A DNA stretch of 64,000 bases from a bacterium (lineage in GTDB: Bacteria; Auribacterota; UBA3054): NCBI GenBank assembly GCA_017650925.1, contig JAGCDY010000085.1:174-64173 (forward strand), in the 5' to 3' direction. The first letter of the stretch is position 1. Each line of letters begins with the position of its first letter. The translations under genes and the position numbers were made by a program. Positions 44,947-54,112 of this stretch are shown here, piece by piece. The notes beneath the pieces are model-generated. The model was not told the DNA's origin. It was given only the letters and a program-made list of their open reading frames with translations, and ran no database searches.

Positions 44947-46996
44947 TCAAAAGGTTGTCGAGTTCGGCTATCTGGCGCATGGCGTCTATCTGCCTTGAGA
45001 AAGAGGCCGGGTCGAACCTGGTCGGCTGATAGCGCGAACCGTCGTAGCCCAGAATGCTGCCGTTGTTGAGGGCGCTGCGCGCGATGGTCAGCTCCCTTTC
45101 CAGAATGCCTTTCGCCTCCGTCATGGGAATGGAGATCATGGGGACAGCCTTGGTAAGATGGTTCACGAAGATCAGGGCGTCGCTGCGTCCGTCGATCATG
45201 GTGTTCCAAAGGCTGCGGTTCGCGCTGGCTTTCTTGGTGGGAGGAAGTTCTTTTTCCCTCGACCAGGAAGCGACCTCCGTCATCCAATATGAGAAGAGTT
45301 TTCCGCCTGTCAGGACGCCCTGGGTGCCGGTTCCTTTCATACCCTTTATCCAGCGGGAAAGGGCCAGCGCGACGTCCTCCTCGAACGTCTGCCTCGGTAC
45401 GGAGGCGTCAATCAGGACTATGTCGGTGGGAAGGGTAGTGAACTCAGTCAGCTGCGATTTGGCGTCGAGGACGGTGCGGCCCAGCCAAGTGAAGCCGTAA
45501 TCATTGTAGCCTGCGATGACGCCCCAGCTTCCGGAACGGTTCAGGTTCGAGCCGACCAGGGCGTGCTTCTTTACGGAGATATTCTCAATAACTTTTCTTA
45601 TGGCCGCGTCGTAAACTCTCTTCGTGTTGCTGTCAATTCTGGCGGCTTCGGGATCGCTTATTTTCGTCGTGACTTGGCGCAGACGGAAGCCGCAGGCCTC
45701 CGCCAGGGCGGCCTTCATATCCTGGCCCTCGTTGATCTCGCGGCAGAAATACCAGTCGTTGGTGCGCAGCGCGAGGCGGACGGGAAGACCGGCTATAGAG
45801 CGCGTCACAAAGGAAGGCCTGTCGCAGCCGGAGAGCTGGCAGGCTATTAGGAGCGAGCAGGCCAGAGATCCCTCGTAGCGCGAATCGATCTGCATGTCGA
45901 CTATGGCGTTGGCCAGCCTGTCGGAAATGAGCTGGGAACGCTTGCTGGGGGAGTAATACTCCTGGCTTAGGGAATTCTTCTTGTTGGCCAGCGAGAAGAA
46001 GCACTCGGCGCAGCTGATGAGAGGAAGAGTCAGTTTCCTTACCTTTTCGCCCGTGATGGTCTGGGCGGTAAGGTCGGTCTGGGGATGCTCCCAGACTGGA
46101 TCGCTCAAAATGGCGTTGAAGTTGTCGGAATAAGCCCTGTATTCCTTCTCGGCCAGGGAGAGCAGAGCCCTCTCTTCCTCGCTCTGAACCAGCTGGTACA
46201 TGAAGGGGAAAAGCTCCAGGGCTTTTTTCGAATCGTGCTGCCAGCGCAGAAGATGCTTGTAGATGCAGTTGTTGAAGGGAGAATTGCATTCGGGGCACCA
46301 GGGCATGGCGTAGGCGCCGTCCGAGAATTCGCGGAGCATGTTGACGCCGCCAATTAGGAAGGAGACCGTGGTGGTGCCGTTCAAAAGTTTTCCGATGTTC
46401 TCGAAGATGAAGACCTGGGGCGAGTCAGAGGAAGCCGGGCGGGACGACTTTTTGATGAGCCAGACTTTTTCCGGAACGCCCTGGAAGGCGAGCGTCTGGC
46501 CGCGGTGAACGGCCCTCAGAGTCAAGCCTGTGCCGGGCTCGACGTAATGCCAGCTGGGCAAAAGCTGCCCGGGAAGCTTGGCGAACTGTATGGCGGGAAC
46601 TCCGTCCTTCTGGGAATCCGATATGAGCTTGCGGTATTCGGTGCGTTTGCTGGGCGACAACTGCTCCTTTGAGCTGTAGACCTTCTCCTCGTTTCTGAGG
46701 CGGTAAAAATTGTTGAGCCTTTGGACGTTGTGATAGCAGGAGTAGGGGAAGTCCGTCTTGCGCCCGCAGTATGTCTCGCTGCTTCTCAAGGGCGTGAAAG
46801 GCAGCCCGTTCAGGCAGGCCAGCTCTTCGTAGGAAGCGTTTACGCCGTAGGAGCGCAGCGCGAGGCGGTAGGCCTCGAGGAAATCGTCTTTTTCGGGCTG
46901 AGGAGGAAGCGTCTCGGCGCCAAGGGACGTCAAGGCGAAAACTGAAAGCAAAAATGCCGCGGCAAGGTTTTTCTTCATATTGGATATATCCAGCAT
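44906..46996 (-). CDS. Secreted 696-aa protein of unknown function (possible internal duplication)
   Basis: Signal peptide ..KKNLAAAFLLSVFALTSLGA, with an alternative ATG at 46978. It has its own extended -10 element. Its 3' end overlaps the convergent flippase gene by 41 nt. I recognise no confident family. Confidence 0.6.
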   Translation of the reverse strand: MLDISNMKKNLAAAFLLSVFALTSLGAETLPPQPEKDDFLEAYRLALRSYGVNASYEELACLNGLPFTPLRSSETYCGRKTDFPYSCYHNVQRLNNFYRLRNEEKVYSSKEQLSPSKRTEYRKLISDSQKDGVPAIQFAKLPGQLLPSWHYVEPGTGLTLRAVHRGQTLAFQGVPEKVWLIKKSSRPASSDSPQVFIFENIGKLLNGTTTVSFLIGGVNMLREFSDGAYAMPWCPECNSPFNNCIYKHLLRWQHDSKKALELFPFMYQLVQSEEERALLSLAEKEYRAYSDNFNAILSDPVWEHPQTDLTAQTITGEKVRKLTLPLISCAECFFSLANKKNSLSQEYYSPSKRSQLISDRLANAIVDMQIDSRYEGSLACSLLIACQLSGCDRPSFVTRSIAGLPVRLALRTNDWYFCREINEGQDMKAALAEACGFRLRQVTTKISDPEAARIDSNTKRVYDAAIRKVIENISVKKHALVGSNLNRSGSWGVIAGYNDYGFTWLGRTVLDAKSQLTEFTTLPTDIVLIDASVPRQTFEEDVALALSRWIKGMKGTGTQGVLTGGKLFSYWMTEVASWSREKELPPTKKASANRSLWNTMIDGRSDALIFVNHLTKAVPMISIPMTEAKGILERELTIARSALNNGSILGYDGSRYQPTRFDPASFSRQIDAMRQIAELDNLLITHLETALQSLSK

Positions 46997-47016
46997 TAAT
47001 TAGAAAACTATATCTG

Positions 47017-47025
47017 ATTATACCA
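47017..47025 (-). promoter_or_regulatory. Extended -10 element TGGTATAAT (- strand) for 44906..46996
   Basis: The + strand reads attatacca. The flanking 13-mer tgattataccatt is identical to the one at 19306-19318. Confidence 0.5.
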
Positions 47026-47041
47026 TTACTTGAGCTTTCTA

Positions 47042-47050
47042 TGGTATAAT
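47042..47050 (+). promoter_or_regulatory. Extended -10 element TGGTATAAT (+ strand) for 47084..48787
   Basis: atggtataatc lies 34 nt upstream of the ATG. It is back-to-back with the divergent element at 47017. Confidence 0.5.
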
Positions 47051-47083
47051 CGTTCTCGTAATCAACCATATTGAAGGAAAAGA

Positions 47084-48787
47084 ATGATGCTTTCTTTGGG
47101 AAAACAACTTGCGGTCGCGGCGCTTTTAGTGTTGGCCGCCGGCTGCTCTTCTTCCTTCGGAGCCCCGAAAGGAAAAGGCAAGACCATGAACATGCAAAAG
47201 ATCAAATTCAGCGACTACGGAGCGAAAGCGGACGGCAGCGCCAACGCGAAAGACGCTTTCCAGGCGGCTTTCGACGCCTGCAGGGCGAAAGGGAACTGCG
47301 AGCTCGTGATCGAACCCGGCGTCTATCTTATCAGCGACCCCGAGGCCATAAAGCTAAGAGACGCCGTCATGTCGCTAAAAGACAAGAGTCAGGACGAAGG
47401 GACCATCTTCCAGTTCTATTTCCCCTACGTCACGGGACTGGACATGCGGAACCTTAAGAACGTCAAGGTGACGGCCAAGGGCGTCACGATCCTCTGCGAA
47501 GGCTTCATGGAGCCGGTGACTTTGGAAGGCTCGAAGAACGTCTGCATAGAAGGGCTTAACATCTCGTACAAAAGGCTGCCTTTCACCCAGGGCGTTATAA
47601 CGAAAGTCGAGAAAGACTACTACGACGTGAAGCTGGACGAGGACACTCCTCTGACCGAGGGCGCCGCGCTGTCCAGGATCTCGTATTGGGATCCCGTAAG
47701 GGAACGCCTGGAACCCAACCAGGATTATTATCAGAGGGACAACGAGGTCTTGTCCGACGGCACCTTCCGCGTGCACAGCCAGATCCCTGAGCGCTACAAA
47801 GGTTATATCGTGATCTTCAACCACTCACTGCACTTCCGCCCGGCTATCCTTATGAACGAGTGCGAGGACATAACCTTAAAGGACGTGACGATCTTCTGCC
47901 AGCCCGGCATGGGCATAGTCGGCAACAAGACCAGGAACGTCTTCATGCAAGGCCTGAGGGTCGTTCCGCTGCCCGGGAAAAAGCTCAGCACCAACACGGA
48001 CGCCACGCACTTCACGAACTGTTCCGGCATCATCGATTTTGAGAACTGCATGTTCGCGAACCAGGGCGACGACGCTACCAATCTGCACAACTTCTATTAC
48101 ACGATGCTGCCTGTTGAAGGCGACGATTCGACCGCGATCCTCAAGGTGAAGGCCATGACGCACGCCCTCGTCCTCGACTCTCCGGAAGTAGGGGACATCA
48201 TGGAGATCGTGGACTACGAGACCATGAACGTGCTGACGACCATGAAGGTCATGCGGGTCGAAAAGGACGTGAAGAATCTGAGAAGCAAGGTTACTTTCGA
48301 CACACCGCTTCCCAATCACCTTGAGAAGTACGCCTGCATCAACGCTTCCAGGATGCCGAGTCTTAGGATGCGCGGCTGCTCCATCATGTCGCACCGCGCC
48401 AGGGGCATTCTCATAAAGACCAGGAACGTTCTCATAGAGAACTGCACCATCATGGAAACGACTTTGTACGCCATCCATATCGGCGTCGAGAAAGGCTGGG
48501 GCGAAGGCCCGGGCTCTGAGAACGTCGTGATAAGGGGCAACCGTTTCATCCGCTGCGGCTACAGCGGCGGCTGCACCGGGATCTGCATCAACTGCGACGG
48601 CAACGAGAAGTCCCGCGTGCACGACAACATCCTGATCGAGAACAATATTTTCGAATCGGAACTTGATCAGCCGGACGTGGTGGTCTCCTACTGCAAGAAC
48701 GTCATGCTGCGCCACAACATCTTCTCAGCCAAGACGAAGAACCCCGTGAAAATTAATCACGCCGAGAATGTCGTCCAGCAGAACTGA
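47084..48787 (+). CDS. Right-handed beta-helix lipoprotein (pectate-lyase-superfamily / GH28-related fold)
   Basis: Lipobox LVLAAGC. N-terminal KFSDYGAKADGSANAKDAFQAAFDAC, typical of the Pectate_lyase_3 type. Repeated coils contain ..N..I.N..F.. (IENCTIMET, IRGNRFIRCG, IENNIFES). Confidence 0.7.
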   Translation: MMLSLGKQLAVAALLVLAAGCSSSFGAPKGKGKTMNMQKIKFSDYGAKADGSANAKDAFQAAFDACRAKGNCELVIEPGVYLISDPEAIKLRDAVMSLKDKSQDEGTIFQFYFPYVTGLDMRNLKNVKVTAKGVTILCEGFMEPVTLEGSKNVCIEGLNISYKRLPFTQGVITKVEKDYYDVKLDEDTPLTEGAALSRISYWDPVRERLEPNQDYYQRDNEVLSDGTFRVHSQIPERYKGYIVIFNHSLHFRPAILMNECEDITLKDVTIFCQPGMGIVGNKTRNVFMQGLRVVPLPGKKLSTNTDATHFTNCSGIIDFENCMFANQGDDATNLHNFYYTMLPVEGDDSTAILKVKAMTHALVLDSPEVGDIMEIVDYETMNVLTTMKVMRVEKDVKNLRSKVTFDTPLPNHLEKYACINASRMPSLRMRGCSIMSHRARGILIKTRNVLIENCTIMETTLYAIHIGVEKGWGEGPGSENVVIRGNRFIRCGYSGGCTGICINCDGNEKSRVHDNILIENNIFESELDQPDVVVSYCKNVMLRHNIFSAKTKNPVKINHAENVVQQN

Positions 48788-48803
48788 CCGGGATGGTCAG
48801 AAT

Positions 48804-48841
48804 AAAAAAAGGCCCGCGGCTTGCGCCGCGGGTCTTTTTTT
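48804..48841. terminator. Bidirectional rho-independent terminator between the convergent beta-helix gene and hydA
   Basis: aaaaaaa ggcccgcggc ttgc gccgcgggtc ttttttt. This is a 10-bp G/C stem (one G-U pair) flanked by a 7-nt A run and a 7-nt T run. Confidence 0.85.
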
Positions 48842-48858
48842 GTACGCCGATGTCAGCC

Positions 48859-50610
48859 TTATTTGTAGAGGCCGCGTTTCACGTACTTGGTATGCAGGCA
48901 CTCGTGAGCCTTGTGGCTGCCGGGTTTCTCATAGAATTCCGCATACACCTTCTTGATGCTGGGATTCTCATGAGACTTCCTGATCTTCATGCCACTGTCG
49001 AGCTGATAGAGCGCTTTGGCGCGTTCAGCCCTGATATCCACGGTGTTCCTGATACTGGCATGGACCTGGGGCTGGCCGCCGCCGTTGACGCAGCCGCCCG
49101 GGCAAGCCATGATCTCGATGAAGTGGTAGTCCGCTTCGCCGTTCCTGACCTTGGTCAGAAGTTCTTTCGCGTTGGCCAGGCCGCTCGCCACGGCGATCTT
49201 GACATCCATGCCAGCCACGTTGTAGGTGGCTTCCTTGATGCCTTTCGTTCCGCGGACTTCCTTGAAGTCGACGGCCTTCAGTTCCTGACCGGTGATCCAT
49301 TCGACAGCCGTTCTGAGAGCGGCTTCCATGACGCCGCCGGTGGCGCCGAAGATGACGGCCGCGCCGGTACTTTCGCCCAGAGGATCATCGAAGCCTTCGT
49401 CGGGCAGTTCGCGGAACTTGATGCCGTGATGCTTGATCATGCGGGCCAGTTCGCGGGTCGTGATGGAGTAGTCGAGGTCAGGGATGCCGGGGCCCGCGGC
49501 GGACTGGTCGTCGCGGCCGATCTCGAACTTCTTGGCCGTGCAGGGCATGACGGAGACGGAGACGATCTTCTTGGGATCGATGCCCATCTTCTGCGCGTAG
49601 TAGGTCTTCAGCGTGGCGCCGAACATCTGCTGCGGGGACTTGCAGGTGGAGAGGTTCTCGATCAGTTCGGGGAAGTAATGTTCGCAGAACTTGATCCAGC
49701 CGGGGGAGCAGGAGGTGATCAGAGGCAGCTTGCCGCCGTTCTTGACTCTCTCGACGAATTCGTTGGCTTCTTCCATGATGGTAAGGTCGGCGCTGAAGTC
49801 AGTGTCGAAGACCTTGTCGAAGCCCATGCGGCGCAAAGCGGCCGCCATCTTGCCTTCCACAGGGGTGCCCATGGGATAGCCGAATTCTTCGCCCAGAGCG
49901 GCTCTGACGGCCGGGGCGGTCTGCACGACCACGAACTTCTCGGGATCGTTGATGGCTTTCTGCACTTCCTCGGTGTAGTCCTTTTCCTTCAAAGCGCCCA
50001 CCGGGCAGACGGCGATGCACTGTCCGCAGCAGACGCAGCTCGTTTCACCCAAGCCCATTTCGAAGGGGGAGGTGATCCTGGTCTTGAAGCCGCGGCCGTT
50101 GGCGCCGATGACGCCCACAGCCTGGATCTTTTCGCAGACGGCCGTGCAGCGGCGGCAGAGGATGCACTTGTTGTTGTCGCGGATCATGTGCGCGGCGGAG
50201 ATGTCCTCTTCGGATTCGCTTCTCACGCCGTCGTAGTAGCCCTCGTCCTCGACGCCCATGTCGTGGGCCAGAGTCTGCAGTTCGCATTTGCTGCTGCGGA
50301 CGCAGGAGAGGCACTTGCGGTCGTGGTTGGAGAGGATCAGGGAGAGGGTCTTCTTCCTGGCTTCCAGAACGCGCGCTGAATTGGTGGTGATCTCGATGCC
50401 CTCGTTGACGGGGTAAACGCAGGCGGCCACGAGCGTGCGGGCTTTTTTGACTTCCACCACGCACATTCTGCAGGCGCCGATCTCGTTGATGCCTTTCAGG
50501 TAGCAGAGAGTGGGGATCTCCACTCCGGCGATGCGGCAGGCTTCCAGAATGGTGGAGCCGGCGGGCACGCTGTAATCTTTACCGTTTATTTTGACGTTTA
50601 CATTTTCCAT
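48859..50610 (-). CDS. hydA: [FeFe]-hydrogenase catalytic subunit, M3-type (HydA of a HydABC-type complex)
   Basis: N-terminal 2Fe-2S ferredoxin fold (..GACRMCVVEV), His-ligated and 2x[4Fe-4S] F-clusters, and H-cluster motifs L2 VMPCTAKKFE and L3 EIMACPGGCVNGGGQP. L1 reads TSCSPGW, which is non-canonical (see findings). Confidence 0.93.
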   Translation of the reverse strand: MENVNVKINGKDYSVPAGSTILEACRIAGVEIPTLCYLKGINEIGACRMCVVEVKKARTLVAACVYPVNEGIEITTNSARVLEARKKTLSLILSNHDRKCLSCVRSSKCELQTLAHDMGVEDEGYYDGVRSESEEDISAAHMIRDNNKCILCRRCTAVCEKIQAVGVIGANGRGFKTRITSPFEMGLGETSCVCCGQCIAVCPVGALKEKDYTEEVQKAINDPEKFVVVQTAPAVRAALGEEFGYPMGTPVEGKMAAALRRMGFDKVFDTDFSADLTIMEEANEFVERVKNGGKLPLITSCSPGWIKFCEHYFPELIENLSTCKSPQQMFGATLKTYYAQKMGIDPKKIVSVSVMPCTAKKFEIGRDDQSAAGPGIPDLDYSITTRELARMIKHHGIKFRELPDEGFDDPLGESTGAAVIFGATGGVMEAALRTAVEWITGQELKAVDFKEVRGTKGIKEATYNVAGMDVKIAVASGLANAKELLTKVRNGEADYHFIEIMACPGGCVNGGGQPQVHASIRNTVDIRAERAKALYQLDSGMKIRKSHENPSIKKVYAEFYEKPGSHKAHECLHTKYVKRGLYK

Positions 50611-50622
50611 AGTATTTCTCCC

Positions 50623-52425
50623 TTATTTCTTGCTGATAGCGCCGAATTTGCAGTTATCCATACAAGCGCCGCACTTGATGCACTTCGTGGTGTCGATCGT
50701 ATGGGGATTCCTGACTGTGCCAGTTATGGCGCCGACCGGGCAGTTGCGGGCGCACAGCGTGCAGCCTTTGCACTTCAGGGGGTCTATGACGTAATTGAGG
50801 AGCGCTTTGCAGACGCCGGCGGGGCAGCGTTTCTCCACAACGTGGGCCTCGTATTCCTTGCGGAAGTAGCGCAGGGTGGAAAGGACCGGGTTGGGGGCCG
50901 TCTGTCCGAGGCCGCAAAGGGAGTTGTCCTTGATGTAGTAGCAGAGGGCTTCGAGCTTGTCGAGATCCTCAAGGGTGGCTTTGCCTTCCGTGATCTTCGT
51001 CAGCATCTCAAGCATGCGGCGCGTGCCGATACGGCAGGGCGTGCATTTGCCGCAGGATTCGTCCACCGTGAATTCCAGGAAGAATTTCGCGATGTCGACC
51101 ATGCAGTTGTCCTCGTCCATGACGATCAAGCCGCCGGAGCCCATCATGGAGCCGATGGCCATCAGGTTGTCGTAGTCGATCTGAACGTCGAAGTGTTCGG
51201 CCGGGATGCAGCCGCCGGAAGGACCGCCGGTCTGCGCGGCTTTGAACTTCTTGCCGTTCGGAATACCGCCGCCGATGTCTTCCACGATCTGGCGGAGCGT
51301 CGTGCCCATGGGAACTTCCACAAGACCGGTGTTGTTGATCTTGCCGCCCAGGGCGAAGACCTTGGTGCCTTTCGATTTCTCGGTGCCGATACTGGCGAAC
51401 CACTGGGCGCCTTTCAGAATGATCTGAGGAATGTTGGCGTAGGTCTCGACGTTGTTAAGAATGGTCGGGCGCATGAAGAGGCCTTTGGCCGCCGGGAACG
51501 GGGGACGGGGCCTCGGTTCGCCGCGGTTGCCTTCAATAGACGTCATCAGAGCCGTTTCTTCGCCGCAGACGAAAGCGCCGGCGCCGAGGCGGATGTCGAT
51601 GTCGAAATCAAAGCCCGTGTTGAAGATGTTCTTGCCGAGGAGGCCGAGCTCTTTGGCCTGACCGATGGCGATCTGAAGACGCTTGACCGCGATGGGGTAC
51701 TCGGCGCGGACGTAGATGAAGCCCTGGTTGGAGCCGATCGCGTAGCCGGCGATGGCCATAGCTTCAAGGACGGCGTGCGGGTCGCCTTCCAGTACGGATC
51801 GATCCATGAAAGCGCCCGGGTCGCCTTCGTCAGCGTTGCAGCAGACGTACTTCGGTCCACCGTCGTTGACGAGCGTTCTGGCCAGTTTCCACTTCATGCC
51901 GGTGGGGAAGCCGGCGCCGCCGCGGCCTCTCAGGCCCGCGTCGAGAAGCGTCTGGATGACGTCTTCCGGTTTCATCTCGGTCAGCACTTTGCCAAGCGCG
52001 GCGTAGCCGTCCATGGCGATGTACTCGTTGATGTCCTCGGGGTTGATGACGCCGCAGTTCCTAAGCGCGATGCGCATCTGGGCGCGGTAGAATTTGGTGT
52101 CGTTCAAGGAAACGTCGGCCTTGTTCTTCAGTTCGTCGGTGACGTCCTTGTATTCGAGGCGCTCGACGATGCGGCCCTTAAGCAGATGCTCGGAGACGAT
52201 CTCTTCCACGTCGCCTTCCGTGACGCGGGAGTAGAAGGTGCCGTCGGGATAGACGATGACCACGGGGCCGAGGGCGCACAGGCCGAAGCAGCCGGTCTGC
52301 ACGATCTTGACTTCCTGGTCCAACTCATACTTTTTGAGGTTAGTCTCGAAAGACTCCATCAGCTTGTGGCTGCCGGAAGAGGTGCAGCCGGTGCCGCCGC
52401 AGATCAATACTTGTGCACGAATCAT
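50623..52425 (-). CDS. hydB: NuoF-like flavoprotein subunit of bifurcating-type hydrogenase (HydB)
   Basis: N-terminal thioredoxin-like 2Fe-2S domain (CGGTGC..GCFGLC), the NuoF core GRGGAGFPTGMKW, the ESCGKCTPCR cluster, and a C-terminal 2x[4Fe-4S] (CKGCTLCARNCP, CIKCGACMDNC). Confidence 0.93.
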   Translation of the reverse strand: MIRAQVLICGGTGCTSSGSHKLMESFETNLKKYELDQEVKIVQTGCFGLCALGPVVIVYPDGTFYSRVTEGDVEEIVSEHLLKGRIVERLEYKDVTDELKNKADVSLNDTKFYRAQMRIALRNCGVINPEDINEYIAMDGYAALGKVLTEMKPEDVIQTLLDAGLRGRGGAGFPTGMKWKLARTLVNDGGPKYVCCNADEGDPGAFMDRSVLEGDPHAVLEAMAIAGYAIGSNQGFIYVRAEYPIAVKRLQIAIGQAKELGLLGKNIFNTGFDFDIDIRLGAGAFVCGEETALMTSIEGNRGEPRPRPPFPAAKGLFMRPTILNNVETYANIPQIILKGAQWFASIGTEKSKGTKVFALGGKINNTGLVEVPMGTTLRQIVEDIGGGIPNGKKFKAAQTGGPSGGCIPAEHFDVQIDYDNLMAIGSMMGSGGLIVMDEDNCMVDIAKFFLEFTVDESCGKCTPCRIGTRRMLEMLTKITEGKATLEDLDKLEALCYYIKDNSLCGLGQTAPNPVLSTLRYFRKEYEAHVVEKRCPAGVCKALLNYVIDPLKCKGCTLCARNCPVGAITGTVRNPHTIDTTKCIKCGACMDNCKFGAISKK

Positions 52426-52437
52426 AAAGTCTCCTCC

Positions 52438-52809
52438 TTATTTGGCGAAAGCGGCGATGGTGTACTCCGTCACGACCTTGCCGCCCTTGAGGTGTTCCTT
52501 GATGACGCGGTCCGCTTTCTCGGCGGTCATCTTGACGTAAGTGACTTTGTCTTTCCCGGGTTCGAAGATCTCCACGACGGGCTCGTACTGGCAGATGCCG
52601 ATGCAGCCGGTCTGGGTGACGGCGACTTCGCCGGAAAGGCCTTCCTTGTTGACGCCTTCGACAAAAGCGTTCAAGACGGGACGGGCGCCGGCCGCGATGC
52701 CGCAGGTGGCCATGCCGACCACCACGCGTTTCTGCGCGGAGCCTTCCCTCAGGACGACTTTGTCTTTCATCTTGTCTTTGATTGCTTGAAGTTCAGCCAA
52801 AGATTTCAT
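52438..52809 (-). CDS. Small thioredoxin-like [2Fe-2S] ferredoxin-domain protein (HydD-like accessory subunit)
   Basis: 123 aa with ..GMATCGIAAGA.. and ..TGCIGICQYEP.. Cys pairs. It lies immediately upstream of hydB. Confidence 0.7.
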   Translation of the reverse strand: MKSLAELQAIKDKMKDKVVLREGSAQKRVVVGMATCGIAAGARPVLNAFVEGVNKEGLSGEVAVTQTGCIGICQYEPVVEIFEPGKDKVTYVKMTAEKADRVIKEHLKGGKVVTEYTIAAFAK

Positions 52810-52829
52810 AAGTGTTCCTTGAGTTGAAG

Positions 52830-53381
52830 TTAGTTAGATGTATATTGTTCTTTCAAATATTCGCCGATCCAGGTTATCACCTCGAACTCCGAGAGGGGAA
52901 CGTCCGGTCCCAGCTCTTTCCTTATCTCCCTGGTGTCGAGGAAGGCCTCGCCTCCGGGAAAGACATGATGGAAAAGGAAGTCACTCTCGGGATGCCCCTG
53001 GATAAGAGTCGTCATGGTCGAGACTACGTCGCCCAAGGGGATGTAGTCGATGTGGTCCTTCTTGAAAGTCGCTTCGATACGAGTGCCGTGGTCCGCGGGA
53101 TGCTCCTTTTCCGACTTGGAGGAAATGGAAAAAGTTCCGCCCGTCATTTCCGCTTCCATCTTGAAGAAGGGGATGCCCAGGCCGACTTTTCGCGTCGTCC
53201 TCGTCGTGTAGAAGGGGTCGGTCACTTTTTTCAGGATCTCATGGGTCATGCCGCAGCCGTTGTCTATGACGGCGATCGTCAAAGTTTTCTCCGTTTCGTC
53301 TATTCTTATCTCGGTCAAAGGCGCCTTAGCCTTGACGGAGTTTTCCGCGATGTCCAGTATGTTGAGGGACAGTTCTTTCAC
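52830..53381 (-). CDS. GHKL/HATPase_c-type ATP-binding protein (no sensor, DHp or receiver domain visible)
   Basis: N-box-like LNILDIAENSV, DNGCGM (G1) and GLGIPF (G2). 183 aa. Confidence 0.65.
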   Translation of the reverse strand: MKELSLNILDIAENSVKAKAPLTEIRIDETEKTLTIAVIDNGCGMTHEILKKVTDPFYTTRTTRKVGLGIPFFKMEAEMTGGTFSISSKSEKEHPADHGTRIEATFKKDHIDYIPLGDVVSTMTTLIQGHPESDFLFHHVFPGGEAFLDTREIRKELGPDVPLSEFEVITWIGEYLKEQYTSN

Positions 53382-54112
53382 GCTATCCCCCTAAGTTTCT
53401 TGAAGAGCTCGCTTCTCACCTTGTCGCCGCTGTAGGGCTCGTCGTCCAGGTCGAAGTAGTTCTCCTTTTCTTTCAATTGCTCGATCATGTGGGCGTCCGA
53501 ACTGATGACGACCGTTTTGCCCTGCAGGCCGTAGCGCTCGGTGTAGTCCGGAATGTTTTCCCTGTCACGCATTTCATAGCAGGCGAATTCCGGAACTTTC
53601 GGCATTTCGCCAAGGATCGCGATGATGCCATTGGCCTCGCGGTCGATGTGGGCGGGGTAGCAGAGACCGTGGTGGCGCTCAACTATTTCCGGAGCCTCTT
53701 CCAATCCGACCGTCGTGGCGTTGGGCAGCAGGTTTTCTTCTTCCGCCAAAACGTTGTCGTCCTCGTCCATGACGAGCTGGTCGCCGAAGATGTCCTTTCT
53801 GTTCGCTATCCTGATCCTGCGCTTGTCGATCTCCTCAGAGAAAGCCATGGCGTCCTCCAAGGTGGGGAAGAGGCAGACGAGGTGCACTTCCTCCGCCGTG
53901 GTCAGCTCCATGCCGGCCACCGGGATGACGCCGTAATTCTTGGCAGCCTTATAGAAGGCCGGGCAGTTCTTGCCGCTGTTGTGATCCGTTAGAGCCACGA
54001 TCTGCAGCCCGTTCAGGGCCGCCAGCCCCGCGATGTTGCAGGGCGTCATGTCGTTCTCCGCGCAGGGAGAAAGGCAGGAGTGGATGTGCAGATCGTAGTA
54101 GTAGCGGTTCAT
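53378..54112 (-). CDS. PHP-domain phosphoesterase
   Basis: YYDLHIHSCLSPC.. and ..ALTDHNS.. His-rich metal motifs, plus ..ISSDAH.. 244 aa. Confidence 0.75.
   Translation of the reverse strand: MNRYYYDLHIHSCLSPCAENDMTPCNIAGLAALNGLQIVALTDHNSGKNCPAFYKAAKNYGVIPVAGMELTTAEEVHLVCLFPTLEDAMAFSEEIDKRRIRIANRKDIFGDQLVMDEDDNVLAEEENLLPNATTVGLEEAPEIVERHHGLCYPAHIDREANGIIAILGEMPKVPEFACYEMRDRENIPDYTERYGLQGKTVVISSDAHMIEQLKEKENYFDLDDEPYSGDKVRSELFKKLRGIA

Noticed and set aside
48793-52827. 528-aa and 708-aa + strand ORFs antisense to hydA and hydB.
   Set aside because: The - strand frames carry complete Fe-S, H-cluster and NuoF motifs. The + strand products are typical GC-rich shadow translations.
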